A stretch of 64,000 nt of DNA from an uncultured Methanosarcinales archaeon. GTDB taxonomy: Archaea > Nanobdellota > Nanobdellia > Woesearchaeales > JABMPP01. Of the stretch, positions 50,583 through 59,933 are shown in pieces. The DNA lies in assembly GCA_964604995.1 (NCBI GenBank), contig CAZSAD010000001.1:1-64000 (forward strand), given 5' to 3'. The notes beneath the pieces are model-generated. The model worked only from the letters and a program-made list of their open reading frames with translations, was not told where the DNA came from and searched no databases. Both the position numbers and the translations under genes were made by a program. Positions within the stretch are counted from its first letter, which is position 1, and the number at the start of each line of letters is the position of its first letter.

Positions 50583-51380
50583 TTATCTAAAAAGTGAAAT
50601 TATTTCTTTTCCCCTACTTTTTGCAGCTTTGTAACCAATATCAATAATTTTAGAATAATTCTTTTGTCCTTCAAAAAGTGCAAAGCCATTAAGGTTTGGT
50701 CTAATAAAAACCTTTTTCAATTTTTTATTTTGATTTATTTTTTCCAATTCTTTTTCAACAAGTTTATATTGCATTGCTTTTATTGATTCATAAGTTATAT
50801 TCATTGCTGATTTTGAGATATTTTGTTTGTCAGTATAAAGCCCAGGATCGATAATTAATACTTTTTTATATCCCTTAGGTAGAGAACTATAAGGTACATT
50901 ATTGTAAATCCCTCCATCAATATACAATTCATCATTAATTTTTACAGGTACAAAATATCCTGGCATAGAAAAACTTGCCTGCACAGCTGTCAATAAACCC
51001 GGATTATTCTTTTTTGTAAAAACCACCTCTTTTCTTTTATTCAAATTTACAGTGTTAATATACATAGGTACTGCAAGTTTGTTAAAATTACTACACTTTG
51101 TTTTAGTTTCCATAAGTTGGATTATTTTTTTACCTTTAATTAGACCGCCACTTTCCATTGTAAAATCAAGCATGTTAAATAAACTTAATTTTGTAATATA
51201 AGATTCAATTTCTTTTGCACTAAGTTTTGATGCATACATTGTTCCAATAATAGCGCCAAAACTACAACCTGCTATTGCTGATACTTTAAGGTTATTTTCA
51301 TCAAGAAATTTTAGCACTCCAATATGGCAAAGCCCTCTAGCTCCACCACCACCTAAAACTAGACCAACTTTTTGTTTCAT
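50583..51380 (-). CDS. Patatin-like phospholipase
   Basis: GGGGARG, GCSFG (GxSxG), AS..PG.F, DGG. Confidence 0.92.
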   Translation of the reverse strand: MKQKVGLVLGGGGARGLCHIGVLKFLDENNLKVSAIAGCSFGAIIGTMYASKLSAKEIESYITKLSLFNMLDFTMESGGLIKGKKIIQLMETKTKCSNFNKLAVPMYINTVNLNKRKEVVFTKKNNPGLLTAVQASFSMPGYFVPVKINDELYIDGGIYNNVPYSSLPKGYKKVLIIDPGLYTDKQNISKSAMNITYESIKAMQYKLVEKELEKINQNKKLKKVFIRPNLNGFALFEGQKNYSKIIDIGYKAAKSRGKEIISLFR

Positions 51381-51459
51381 AGGTATTAGTAATATAATTG
51401 TGTTAATAAAAGTTATGTGTGTAAAAATTAAAAGATTAGTAAGAAATAAATAAACAGTT

Positions 51460-52305
51460 CTAATAATTTTTTTGTATTTTTTTCTTTTGCACTTTATTAT
51501 TTTTCATGCTTTCTTTAATTTTTGCATTCTCTTTTGAATTATACTGTTTATTTTGATTTAAATTATTATCCTGTTTTTGTTTTAGTGATGTTGTATCAGA
51601 TAATAACGGGTACTGGTTATATATATCAAAAATATTTTGTGCTTCACTTTCTTCAATCAATTTTTTTGTTAAGTCTTCTTCCATCTCTTTTCTATAATCA
51701 TTAACCTGTTTAGTTAAATATTTAGCACTTAATAATTTAAGATTTATCATAAAATGTTCTTGTGCACTTGCAAATGCTTTTTTTTCTGAAATATTTTTAC
51801 CAACTCTACAAATGCTATTTTTTTTAGTTTTTGGGTTCCATGTGATGATACTAGCATTTTTTAATTTAATCTCTTTATCACTTATTGCATCTTCAAGTGT
51901 GAAATCTTTTATACAGTCGGATTCAAAATAAAGAACTGTATCTTGCCTTCTTTCAAGCATAACGATATTTTTTGTTATTTGTCCATTTTTATTATCTTCT
52001 CGAAGATATAATTCCAATGAAGTTGAAACACTAGAATCATTTTTTTGTATTGAATAATTATAATTCATAAGTGGTTCAAATTTATTGGTTCCATTTGTAA
52101 TATCAGAATATATTAAATCATATATACTAGTTGGAGAATTTTTTTCTGGGATTGTAATGCTAGGCTGTTTTAAATTCTTTAACTCCTCAGAAGAATCATT
52201 TTTTTGTACACGTGGTATAAAAGTGCATCCTATAACATACAATGAATAAATAGTTGTTAATGCCAATGAAAGATTATTATAATATGTACTTTTTTCATGA
52301 TTCAT
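51460..52305 (-). CDS. Hypothetical protein with an N-terminal hydrophobic anchor
   Basis: 281 aa; GGGTG SD; LALTTIYSLYVIGC; no recognised motif. Confidence 0.6.
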   Translation of the reverse strand: MNHEKSTYYNNLSLALTTIYSLYVIGCTFIPRVQKNDSSEELKNLKQPSITIPEKNSPTSIYDLIYSDITNGTNKFEPLMNYNYSIQKNDSSVSTSLELYLREDNKNGQITKNIVMLERRQDTVLYFESDCIKDFTLEDAISDKEIKLKNASIITWNPKTKKNSICRVGKNISEKKAFASAQEHFMINLKLLSAKYLTKQVNDYRKEMEEDLTKKLIEESEAQNIFDIYNQYPLLSDTTSLKQKQDNNLNQNKQYNSKENAKIKESMKNNKVQKKKIQKNY

Positions 52306-52340
52306 AACACACCCATTGAAAAAATTCTTTTAAAATAGTT

Positions 52341-53408
52341 TTAATGTTTTTTATTAAATTCTAAAGCTTTTTGAAGCTCTTTGGTTCTATCATTCTGTCT
52401 TTTGATAGTTTTTGCAATCTTATCATGTTTTTTTGCAAGTATTCCATATTGTATTCTTAAAAAATCATTAAAAGCTGCATTTATTATTGTTTTAGTTTCA
52501 CTATCAACACTTGAATATGAAGAATAAAATGGTTTATCTGGTGCAAGTGCATTGCTATAATCATATATCTCGAAATCAAAAATAATTGGATGTTTCATAT
52601 CATATGAATATACAACAACTGCTTTTTTGTCAGGAATAGTTCTAACCATGCGAAATGTTCCGCTTTTATCTAATGAAATATTAATATAATCTTCATTTCT
52701 ATTAGGAATACTTTGGACAAGTTTTTCAGAAAAATATCCTTTATTTTTTGGAAAATTAGTTTGTACCTGTGCTTCCTTGCTACTATCAATTCCTATCATT
52801 TCGGGAATAGATGGTAACATGTTGCCTTCCATAAGTCCCATTTGCACTAATTCACTAAGATCATTGACTATATTTGGATTAAAATCTGTTGCAGTTTCAT
52901 TCTCATTTTTTATATGTTGAAATATTTTACTCAAAGTTCTCTTGAATATTTTATTATATTTTAATAATTCTTCTTTATTATTATCATTATCTGCTGAATT
53001 ATAAGTGCCATTGTATATTGAAAACATTTCAAAGATATCTAAATTAACATTATTTGATGTGCTATCAAATGAATTTGCATCACCAGGTTTTGAAAAATAA
53101 TTTGTAATAATCCCCTTGCCTGACCTTACTTGTAGCTGCAAAACATTATCTTCTTTTCTTTTGAAAAGAACAACTGTATCTAAAGTAACATCTCCAGGAT
53201 TGGAATAATTCTTTGATGTTCCTTTCCAAAGATACATTGGTAAATTAAGAAGACTTTCATCTTTTTTCGAATCAGTATGCCATATCCAATCAGAACTTTC
53301 AGATTTTGTTTCTGTTTGGGGCTTATTTGTTTGTGCAATAGTTGTACCAGTATAGCCTATTAAAACTGATGTTAAAACTGTTAATGGAATGGTTTTGTAA
53401 TCTTTAAT
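52341..53408 (-). CDS. Hypothetical secreted protein, probable ATT start
   Basis: The frame stays open 57 codons upstream of ATG 53237 and encodes a signal-peptide-like segment. GGTGA lies 4 nt before ATT 53408. Confidence 0.6.
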   Translation of the reverse strand: MKDYKTIPLTVLTSVLIGYTGTTIAQTNKPQTETKSESSDWIWHTDSKKDESLLNLPMYLWKGTSKNYSNPGDVTLDTVVLFKRKEDNVLQLQVRSGKGIITNYFSKPGDANSFDSTSNNVNLDIFEMFSIYNGTYNSADNDNNKEELLKYNKIFKRTLSKIFQHIKNENETATDFNPNIVNDLSELVQMGLMEGNMLPSIPEMIGIDSSKEAQVQTNFPKNKGYFSEKLVQSIPNRNEDYINISLDKSGTFRMVRTIPDKKAVVVYSYDMKHPIIFDFEIYDYSNALAPDKPFYSSYSSVDSETKTIINAAFNDFLRIQYGILAKKHDKIAKTIKRQNDRTKELQKALEFNKKH

Positions 53409-53554
53409 ATTTTCACCCTACTAATAGTAAGGGAAGTTTCATAATATATAAAGATAATGTTTTTCTCTACTCAATAGTAGTTTATAATTTGAATATAACA
53501 AACATCTAAAAAATAATAGAAAATACAAAAAAGCTTACTCATTTAGAATTATGA

Positions 53555-53688
53555 TGGGGGTGCTGCGATTCGAACGCAGAACAACTGGTTGCACCATCCA
53601 TTTGGTTTAATCATCGACATTATTCAATGTCTCGTCGCTCCAAAGGTTTTCTGGAGCCAGGTATGATGCCAGGTTTCACCACACCCCC
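53555..53688 (-). tRNA. tRNA-Trp(CCA) with a 61-nt intron at 37/38 (53590-53650); CCA end not encoded
   Basis: Acceptor GGGGGTG/CACCCCC; T-arm CTGCG-TTCGAAT-CGCAG; anticodon arm CTGG-CTCCAG^A-CCAG; relaxed BHB with central helix CUCC/GGUG. Confidence 0.93.
53590..53650 (-). ncRNA. Intron-encoded box C/D-like guide RNA (predicted Cm34 of tRNA-Trp)
   Basis: TTTGGAGC is complementary to GCTCCAGA, followed by D'-like ACGA, hairpin GACATT/AATGTC and C'-like CGATGA. Confidence 0.6.
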
Positions 53689-53865
53689 TAATGGTTTCGC
53701 CCATTAACGACGAAACTAGTCTTAAGGGCATTTCGCCTTGCTTAATGCCCTAAACTCCGTCTACGATGTAGTGAGAATAATAAGTATCCTACGCCCTAAT
53801 TTAAAGCTTTTGCAAATTCTAAACATAGCAATAATTTTTTATACTTCCAATCCATAAAAATTCTA

Positions 53866-54687
53866 ATGAAATCCTATCATTGGTTCATAATTGGAATTTT
53901 ACTTTTAACAGCTAATATTATTCATGCATTTATGACATCATTCTTACTTATCCATTATGCTATAATTGCCCTCTCTACTTTTTTTATTATCGGCGCTTTT
54001 ATTGTTGCAGGAGGAGATGGTGAAAATTTATATTCTTCAACAATGCAAGCTGCAAAGTATGTTTCAAAAAATAGCAAAAAATCAAATTTCAATAAGACAA
54101 TAATCTATTTAATAATAATCGCAATTGCATCTTTTGTTTATTTTTTCTTCAAGCCTCAAATAATATCTTATGCAAAATCAATTTCTTGGATTTGGTCAAT
54201 TATTTCACATATCGATGCGCAAATACAAGGCAGTACTCTTCTTGGACTTTTTTATGCAGCTTTTATCGGAGCACTTTTTTTTATTCCAATGCCAGTTGAG
54301 CTTATTTTTATTTATTATTTAACATTGCAATATGCAACTTGGCAGCTTGTTGCAATCATGCTTCTTGGTGCAATTTTAGGTGAAACAGTAAATTATCTAC
54401 TTGGCCTAGTATTAGGTTCAGCACTAATGCGTCCATTACTAAAAGAAAATTTTGAAAAATGGCAGTCAAGAATTGATAAATATGGTGGGATAATAGTTTT
54501 TGCTTCAAGTTCGCTTCCTTTACCTCTTGGAATTTTAGCTTTGATGCTTGGAGCAATTAGGTATAACTTATCAAAATTTATCATCTATGTTTTTATGGGA
54601 AGATTGGTAAGGTATGCCATGATAATTTATTTTCAAGTTTATTTTGTTAAATATATTATTCCTTTTTTCTCTTCTTTGTTTTCATAA
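53866..54687 (+). CDS. DedA/VTT (SNARE-associated) family membrane protein with N-terminal TM extension
   Basis: FIPMPVE, GA.LG..VNY.LG, KYG, PLP, GR..RY. Confidence 0.8.
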   Translation: MKSYHWFIIGILLLTANIIHAFMTSFLLIHYAIIALSTFFIIGAFIVAGGDGENLYSSTMQAAKYVSKNSKKSNFNKTIIYLIIIAIASFVYFFFKPQIISYAKSISWIWSIISHIDAQIQGSTLLGLFYAAFIGALFFIPMPVELIFIYYLTLQYATWQLVAIMLLGAILGETVNYLLGLVLGSALMRPLLKENFEKWQSRIDKYGGIIVFASSSLPLPLGILALMLGAIRYNLSKFIIYVFMGRLVRYAMIIYFQVYFVKYIIPFFSSLFS

Positions 54688-55081
54688 CAAATGCTATAAA
54701 AGATAAAGTTTTTACCTTTTTAATATTCCATATTTCATTTATCCAATCAAGTAAATAATGAAAAAATGCCCCTATTAATATTAGTAGTGCAATGTTAGAA
54801 TATATTGAAGCTACAATTAAAATTGCCAAAAATTCAAAATTGTGAAATATATATAATTCATTTTTTAAATTTTCATGATGCTCCTTTAATCTTTTAGAAC
54901 TACTAAAATGTTTATAAGCATCAATAATATTTCCTTTGCTTCCTTGATACAAATACCAAAAATAATGATCAATATCAATTAAAACTCCACCAACAAATAT
55001 CCAAACCACATCAAATGAGAAATCTTTGAAGAGTCCAGCTGCAAGAATGAGTGAAAAAATAAAATGAATTAAAGGTGTCAT
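54656..55081 (-). CDS. Small membrane metal-dependent hydrolase-like protein (YdjM-like)
   Basis: M....H, LIDIDH, FHN.E, HYLLD. Confidence 0.65.
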   Translation of the reverse strand: MTPLIHFIFSLILAAGLFKDFSFDVVWIFVGGVLIDIDHYFWYLYQGSKGNIIDAYKHFSSSKRLKEHHENLKNELYIFHNFEFLAILIVASIYSNIALLILIGAFFHYLLDWINEIWNIKKVKTLSFIAFVMKTKKRKKE

Positions 55082-55136
55082 ATTCTCTTACACGAGTGAT
55101 TGCAAAGTCTATAAAAACTTAACTCTAACCTACAAA

Positions 55137-55493
55137 CTAAAAATCTAATTTGTCTCCAATCCTAATAGAATTAACCACAATTAATCCTTTAACAACTTCA
55201 ATAGCATATTTTGCTTTTTTCATTGAAGAATAAAATGTAAATGGCTTGAAATTTTTCTTTATTTCAACTACCTTTTTTTGAGCATCAAGAAAAATTACAT
55301 CAATTGAATAAAACACAAAAAACATATGTAAGGAAACTATTCTTTCATTTGGAAATTGTAATATTGCAGCTCTATTCAATATTTTTTTGCTAAACATCAA
55401 GCCTTTTGCAAGTTTAGGCATAGTATCACAAATATTTAATTCCTTTGCAATTACCTTCTTATTTCTCTTGTTTACGAGCATATTCTCTTTCAA
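55137..55493 (-). CDS. DUF192 family protein
   Basis: KGLMF, HMFFV.YSIDVIFLD, AKY.IE, GD. Confidence 0.88.
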   Translation of the reverse strand: MKENMLVNKRNKKVIAKELNICDTMPKLAKGLMFSKKILNRAAILQFPNERIVSLHMFFVFYSIDVIFLDAQKKVVEIKKNFKPFTFYSSMKKAKYAIEVVKGLIVVNSIRIGDKLDF

Positions 55494-55553
55494 GCTAGAA
55501 AGCTTTAAATATTTAACTCGTGTTATATATAAAAATAGAGAAGGGGTGCAATT

Positions 55554-58500
55554 TTGCAGGATAAAAGTGGTAAATTCTATAGCAATAAATATGCTTTTAG
55601 CTCAATTGTTATTATAATCTTTACTATTTTAGCATTTATGGTTTTTTCGTCAAATAGCATAACTAATCCAACTTCTACCAACAACAATATCAGTGGGGTT
55701 TTTACATTTAATTGTACAATAAATGAATGGGATACAAATGCAACAAATGTTTCATTTTACTTAGTAAATACCTCTGATGTAATCTATTTAGGAACAGATT
55801 ATAATAAAACTGCATTCAATTCAAGTAATTTATGGTATTTTAACATCACTTACAATACAACTTTGTTGGGCGATGGACAATACACTCTTTATTGCAATGC
55901 AACCAATATAAACGGAACAACAGCTTTTGTTACACAAAACTTAGCTATCGATAATAATGCTCCAATTATTTTACAAGTTGTTCCATCTTCTATACTTTAC
56001 AACGATACAAAATATGATGATTATCCTTTAACATTGCAAGTAAATATCACCGATCTTTACATTAATACTGCATGGTTTATTTTAAATTCATTAGATAATG
56101 GGCAAGGTTCAAATACAACAAAAACATTTTTTACATCTTATTATAATAATTCTACCACACGTATTTATTCTTATAATTTAACTTCTGATTTAACAAGCAT
56201 TTATACAAGACCAGGAACTCATTCAGTATACTTTTGTGCAAATGATTCAGTTGGAAATACTGCATGCAATTCTAATCTTAATGGATATGCAACAAGTTTT
56301 GTAATTCGTGGATTAAATGTTACACAAGCAGAATTAATCTTAAGTGCAACTGGAACAGGTTTTAACATAACCTATGAAAATGGTACAGATGTTCCAACAA
56401 ACGCATTCATGAATCCAATTCTTTATAATTATACTTTAATTTTAAACAAAACTGGAAATGATAATACTAGAACAGAGCTTCATCTTGTAGGACTTCAAAT
56501 AAATGAAAGCTTACTTTTGCAAATGAATAATACTAATTTAACATCAACTCTTTCCTCAAATATAACATCTCAATTAAACTCAACAGGTCTTAATGCAACA
56601 AATTTTGCATGGCTTGATGTAACACAATTTTTGCCAACAGAAGCCTTATATAAATATGGCAAAGTTACATTTTCATCTTTATATTCAAAATATTATTATT
56701 GTTCTGGCTCAACAACTAGTAGTGCTATTTGTGCAGATATAATTGAATGTAATTCATCTACAATTGACATTTCAAATTATAATTTAATTATCCCAACAAA
56801 TTCAGCTTGTTATAATATTGTAAATTCTTCAGTTGAATTTTATTTAGATCATTTCAGTGGAGTAATTGGTGCAAATGATACATCAGGACCAAATTTAACA
56901 ATATACTCACCAACATCTAACCAAGTTTTTACATCAACAGTTTTGCTTAACTTAACTGCCAATGATACTTATTCAAATATAAGTTCAATCGGGTATTACT
57001 TAGACAATTCCTCTTTAGTCCTATTTTACAATGCTTCAACACCTTCACAATTTGTAAATTTATCAATAAATATAACTCCACAAATATCTAATCATAGTAT
57101 TAAATTTTGGTCAAATGATTCACTTGGAAATTCTATCAACTCTTCAAGAATAGTTTTTATCTATGATACTTATGCTCCAAATGTTACAATTATTCAATCA
57201 TTATCAATTCAAAACAACACAAAAACTTCAAACACAACAATTAATTTTGCTTGGAATTATTCGGACAATGGACCATATTATCTGTGTAATTTGACTGTAA
57301 AAAATTCTTCAAATAATGCAATAGTTTACAATTCAATAAGTAATAATTCCCCTTCCTCTTATGTAAGTTTAATAAATGTAAATTTAAGTAACAGCACAAC
57401 TTTAACAAACGGTTATTACAATTGGAATGTTACATGTACTGATCAAGGTGGACTAACAACTATAACAACAACTAGAAATTTTACAGTTGATTCTGAAAAT
57501 CCAACATTAAGTTTAACTTATCCACAAAATGGTCAAAGTTTTATTGCAAACATTACAATTAATTACACTTCCTCAGATTTCTATACTGGTTTGAATAGTG
57601 TAGGATATTATCTTGATTCATATTCGTTTCAGATGTATAATTCAAGCTTAGGAAATTTAAATTCACTAAATGGAACAATGGTTCTTCAAAATATTACAAC
57701 AGGTACACATAATTTAATTGTTTCAATTAATGATTCAGTTGGTAATAAAATAAATTCAAGCTCAGTTTTATTTACAGTAGTATCTTCTGAAAATATTACA
57801 GCCCTATCAAATCAGATAACCGCCGGGAATGTGGCTGTTAATTCAACAACTATGCAAAATAGTTCAGGAGCATTTCTTAATGGTACTCAAGATATTAACC
57901 AGTCAATTTTATTGACTTTACTACTTAATGATGCATTGCAAGATGTAACTGTTAAAATTCCTTTCAATGGTGCAAATGCAGAATGGAATAAAACTCAAAA
58001 TTTCACAGTAGATTTGAATACTTCAGGAAACATAGCTCAAACAATTATTTCTAATTCAGCTACAAATCTTACCAAAATTGTATTTTTCAATGGCTTTTCA
58101 AATTTTTTGAATACAACCAAATATTCAAATGTAAGTATTTTTGTAAATACTTCAATTTATGGTCTTGATTTGTTATATCTAGCAGATGATTTAGGAAATA
58201 GTATTTATGAAATTACAAACCAATGTTATAACAACACTGCTCCTTCTTTGGTATCAGATATTGCAAGCATGTGTTATATCAATACTTCAACAAATGTCAC
58301 ATTTTATATTCCACACTTATCAGGAATCGCAATTGGAAATGATACAGTTGCTCCATCTATCAACATAACTTATCCAACTGTTTCATCACCAACCATAGCA
58401 AATAGTCAATTTTACTTAACTTTTAATGTAAGTGAAGTAAATCCTGCAGCGCCATTTTGTAATTATACCATAAAATATGCAGGTAGTTTATTTACTTCTG

Positions 58501-59873
58501 GGGATTTATACAATTCAAGTGCAGTTGAAACAGTAGGCATTCATTATTCTTTTTCAGTTTTAATTCCACAGCTTACAAGTAGAAATTATAACGCAACAGT
58601 TACTTGCAAAGATTTAGGTAATCATACATCATCAGTAACTCGTGCATTTACAATATCTGATACAACAACAACAAACATCACTTCTATTTCTGACTGGTCA
58701 AATTCATCTGCAGCAAGAATTTATTGGACAACAGGTGAATACACCAATTCAACAGTTAAATATGGAACATCAACAGCGCTAGGTACAATCGCAACAAATA
58801 CTTCATTTTATACTTTACATAATATTTATCTTTCTGGATTATCTGCTTCGACAACTTATTATTATAATATCACTTCTTGTGATATCAATGCTTTATGCAA
58901 TACAACAGGTCGTTATCAATTTACAACATCCTCTGCAGATGAAGATACTTCATCTTCATCATCTTCTTCAAGTGGCGGTGGAGCAGTAGGCGATTCAACA
59001 TCAGTTTCGCAAGCTTGGGATTCATTGCCTCCAGGAGTTTTAGTTTCAAAATCAATCTCTAATAGTTATATTTCTGTAACAAAAATTGCATTTGCTCTTT
59101 TACAGGCTGCATCAAATGCTCAATTAACTATTTCCTATGTTGCAAGCCAGCCATCAGGCACAACAACACCAACTGATAAAACCTATCAATATTTTCAAAT
59201 TACAAAAACCAATATTCCAGATGTTAGTTTAAACTCAGCAGATATTCAATTTAAAGTTCCAAAATCATGGATAACAACCAATAATATCAGCGAAGATTCT
59301 ATTGCACTTATCAGATGGAACAATGGAGCATGGAATAAATTAGAAACTAACAAAGTAACAGTTTCTTCTCTTGAAATAACATATCTTGCAACAACTCCAG
59401 GATTTAGTTACTTTGCAATTACTGGAAAAAACATAGCAAGTATGCAGCCATCTTCTCAATTATTAAATAATAATCTTACAACTCCTTCTTCTCAAAATAA
59501 TACTTTAGGTTCGCAACAACAATCAAATACAACAGGAAACCTATCTAATAACTCAACTGGATCAATCAGGGGAAATAATACCTCTTCTCAAACATCAACA
59601 TCTACTACTAAATCAAAACTATGGCTTTGGATTATAATTATACTTGGTTCAACTATTATTGCAGTAGTTATTGCATATTTGATATTTATGAACAAAGGAA
59701 AAGGATCATTTGGTGGTAAAGAATTAAAAGAAAATAATTTTCAACAGCAATCAAATCCTTACCAATCAAATTTTAATCCTGGACAAAACCCCTACCAAAA
59801 TCCAAATCAACAGCCAAATCAAAATCCACAAAATAATTCTAATAATGACAAAAATTATTACATTCCAAGATAA
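55554..59873 (+). CDS. Large heavily N-glycosylated surface protein: Ig-like and FN3 domains, PGF-pre-PGF domain, C-terminal TM, Gln/Asn/Pro tail
   Basis: D..AP Ig-like junctions; FN3-like W.T...TNS.V.YG...L.GL..STTYYY; Ser/Gly linker; F.V.K.W...LETN...ATTPGFSYFAI; TM WLWIIIILG...; dense N-x-S/T sequons. Confidence 0.85.
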   Translation: MQDKSGKFYSNKYAFSSIVIIIFTILAFMVFSSNSITNPTSTNNNISGVFTFNCTINEWDTNATNVSFYLVNTSDVIYLGTDYNKTAFNSSNLWYFNITYNTTLLGDGQYTLYCNATNINGTTAFVTQNLAIDNNAPIILQVVPSSILYNDTKYDDYPLTLQVNITDLYINTAWFILNSLDNGQGSNTTKTFFTSYYNNSTTRIYSYNLTSDLTSIYTRPGTHSVYFCANDSVGNTACNSNLNGYATSFVIRGLNVTQAELILSATGTGFNITYENGTDVPTNAFMNPILYNYTLILNKTGNDNTRTELHLVGLQINESLLLQMNNTNLTSTLSSNITSQLNSTGLNATNFAWLDVTQFLPTEALYKYGKVTFSSLYSKYYYCSGSTTSSAICADIIECNSSTIDISNYNLIIPTNSACYNIVNSSVEFYLDHFSGVIGANDTSGPNLTIYSPTSNQVFTSTVLLNLTANDTYSNISSIGYYLDNSSLVLFYNASTPSQFVNLSINITPQISNHSIKFWSNDSLGNSINSSRIVFIYDTYAPNVTIIQSLSIQNNTKTSNTTINFAWNYSDNGPYYLCNLTVKNSSNNAIVYNSISNNSPSSYVSLINVNLSNSTTLTNGYYNWNVTCTDQGGLTTITTTRNFTVDSENPTLSLTYPQNGQSFIANITINYTSSDFYTGLNSVGYYLDSYSFQMYNSSLGNLNSLNGTMVLQNITTGTHNLIVSINDSVGNKINSSSVLFTVVSSENITALSNQITAGNVAVNSTTMQNSSGAFLNGTQDINQSILLTLLLNDALQDVTVKIPFNGANAEWNKTQNFTVDLNTSGNIAQTIISNSATNLTKIVFFNGFSNFLNTTKYSNVSIFVNTSIYGLDLLYLADDLGNSIYEITNQCYNNTAPSLVSDIASMCYINTSTNVTFYIPHLSGIAIGNDTVAPSINITYPTVSSPTIANSQFYLTFNVSEVNPAAPFCNYTIKYAGSLFTSGDLYNSSAVETVGIHYSFSVLIPQLTSRNYNATVTCKDLGNHTSSVTRAFTISDTTTTNITSISDWSNSSAARIYWTTGEYTNSTVKYGTSTALGTIATNTSFYTLHNIYLSGLSASTTYYYNITSCDINALCNTTGRYQFTTSSADEDTSSSSSSSSGGGAVGDSTSVSQAWDSLPPGVLVSKSISNSYISVTKIAFALLQAASNAQLTISYVASQPSGTTTPTDKTYQYFQITKTNIPDVSLNSADIQFKVPKSWITTNNISEDSIALIRWNNGAWNKLETNKVTVSSLEITYLATTPGFSYFAITGKNIASMQPSSQLLNNNLTTPSSQNNTLGSQQQSNTTGNLSNNSTGSIRGNNTSSQTSTSTTKSKLWLWIIIILGSTIIAVVIAYLIFMNKGKGSFGGKELKENNFQQQSNPYQSNFNPGQNPYQNPNQQPNQNPQNNSNNDKNYYIPR

Positions 59874-59933
59874 AATTATTTAAACAAAAACTTTAAATAG
59901 ATATTTAATTACAAACTATAAATAAATTAAAAA

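Noticed and set aside
53688..53725. Hammerhead ribozyme suggested by GACGAAAC...GTC on the + strand
   Set aside because: No CUGANGA core (CTAATGG instead) and no adequate stem III.
59385..59700. PGF-CTERM archaeosortase signal
   Set aside because: The PGF is in the TPGFSYFAI (PGF-pre-PGF) context about 70 aa before the TM, and a long tail follows the TM.
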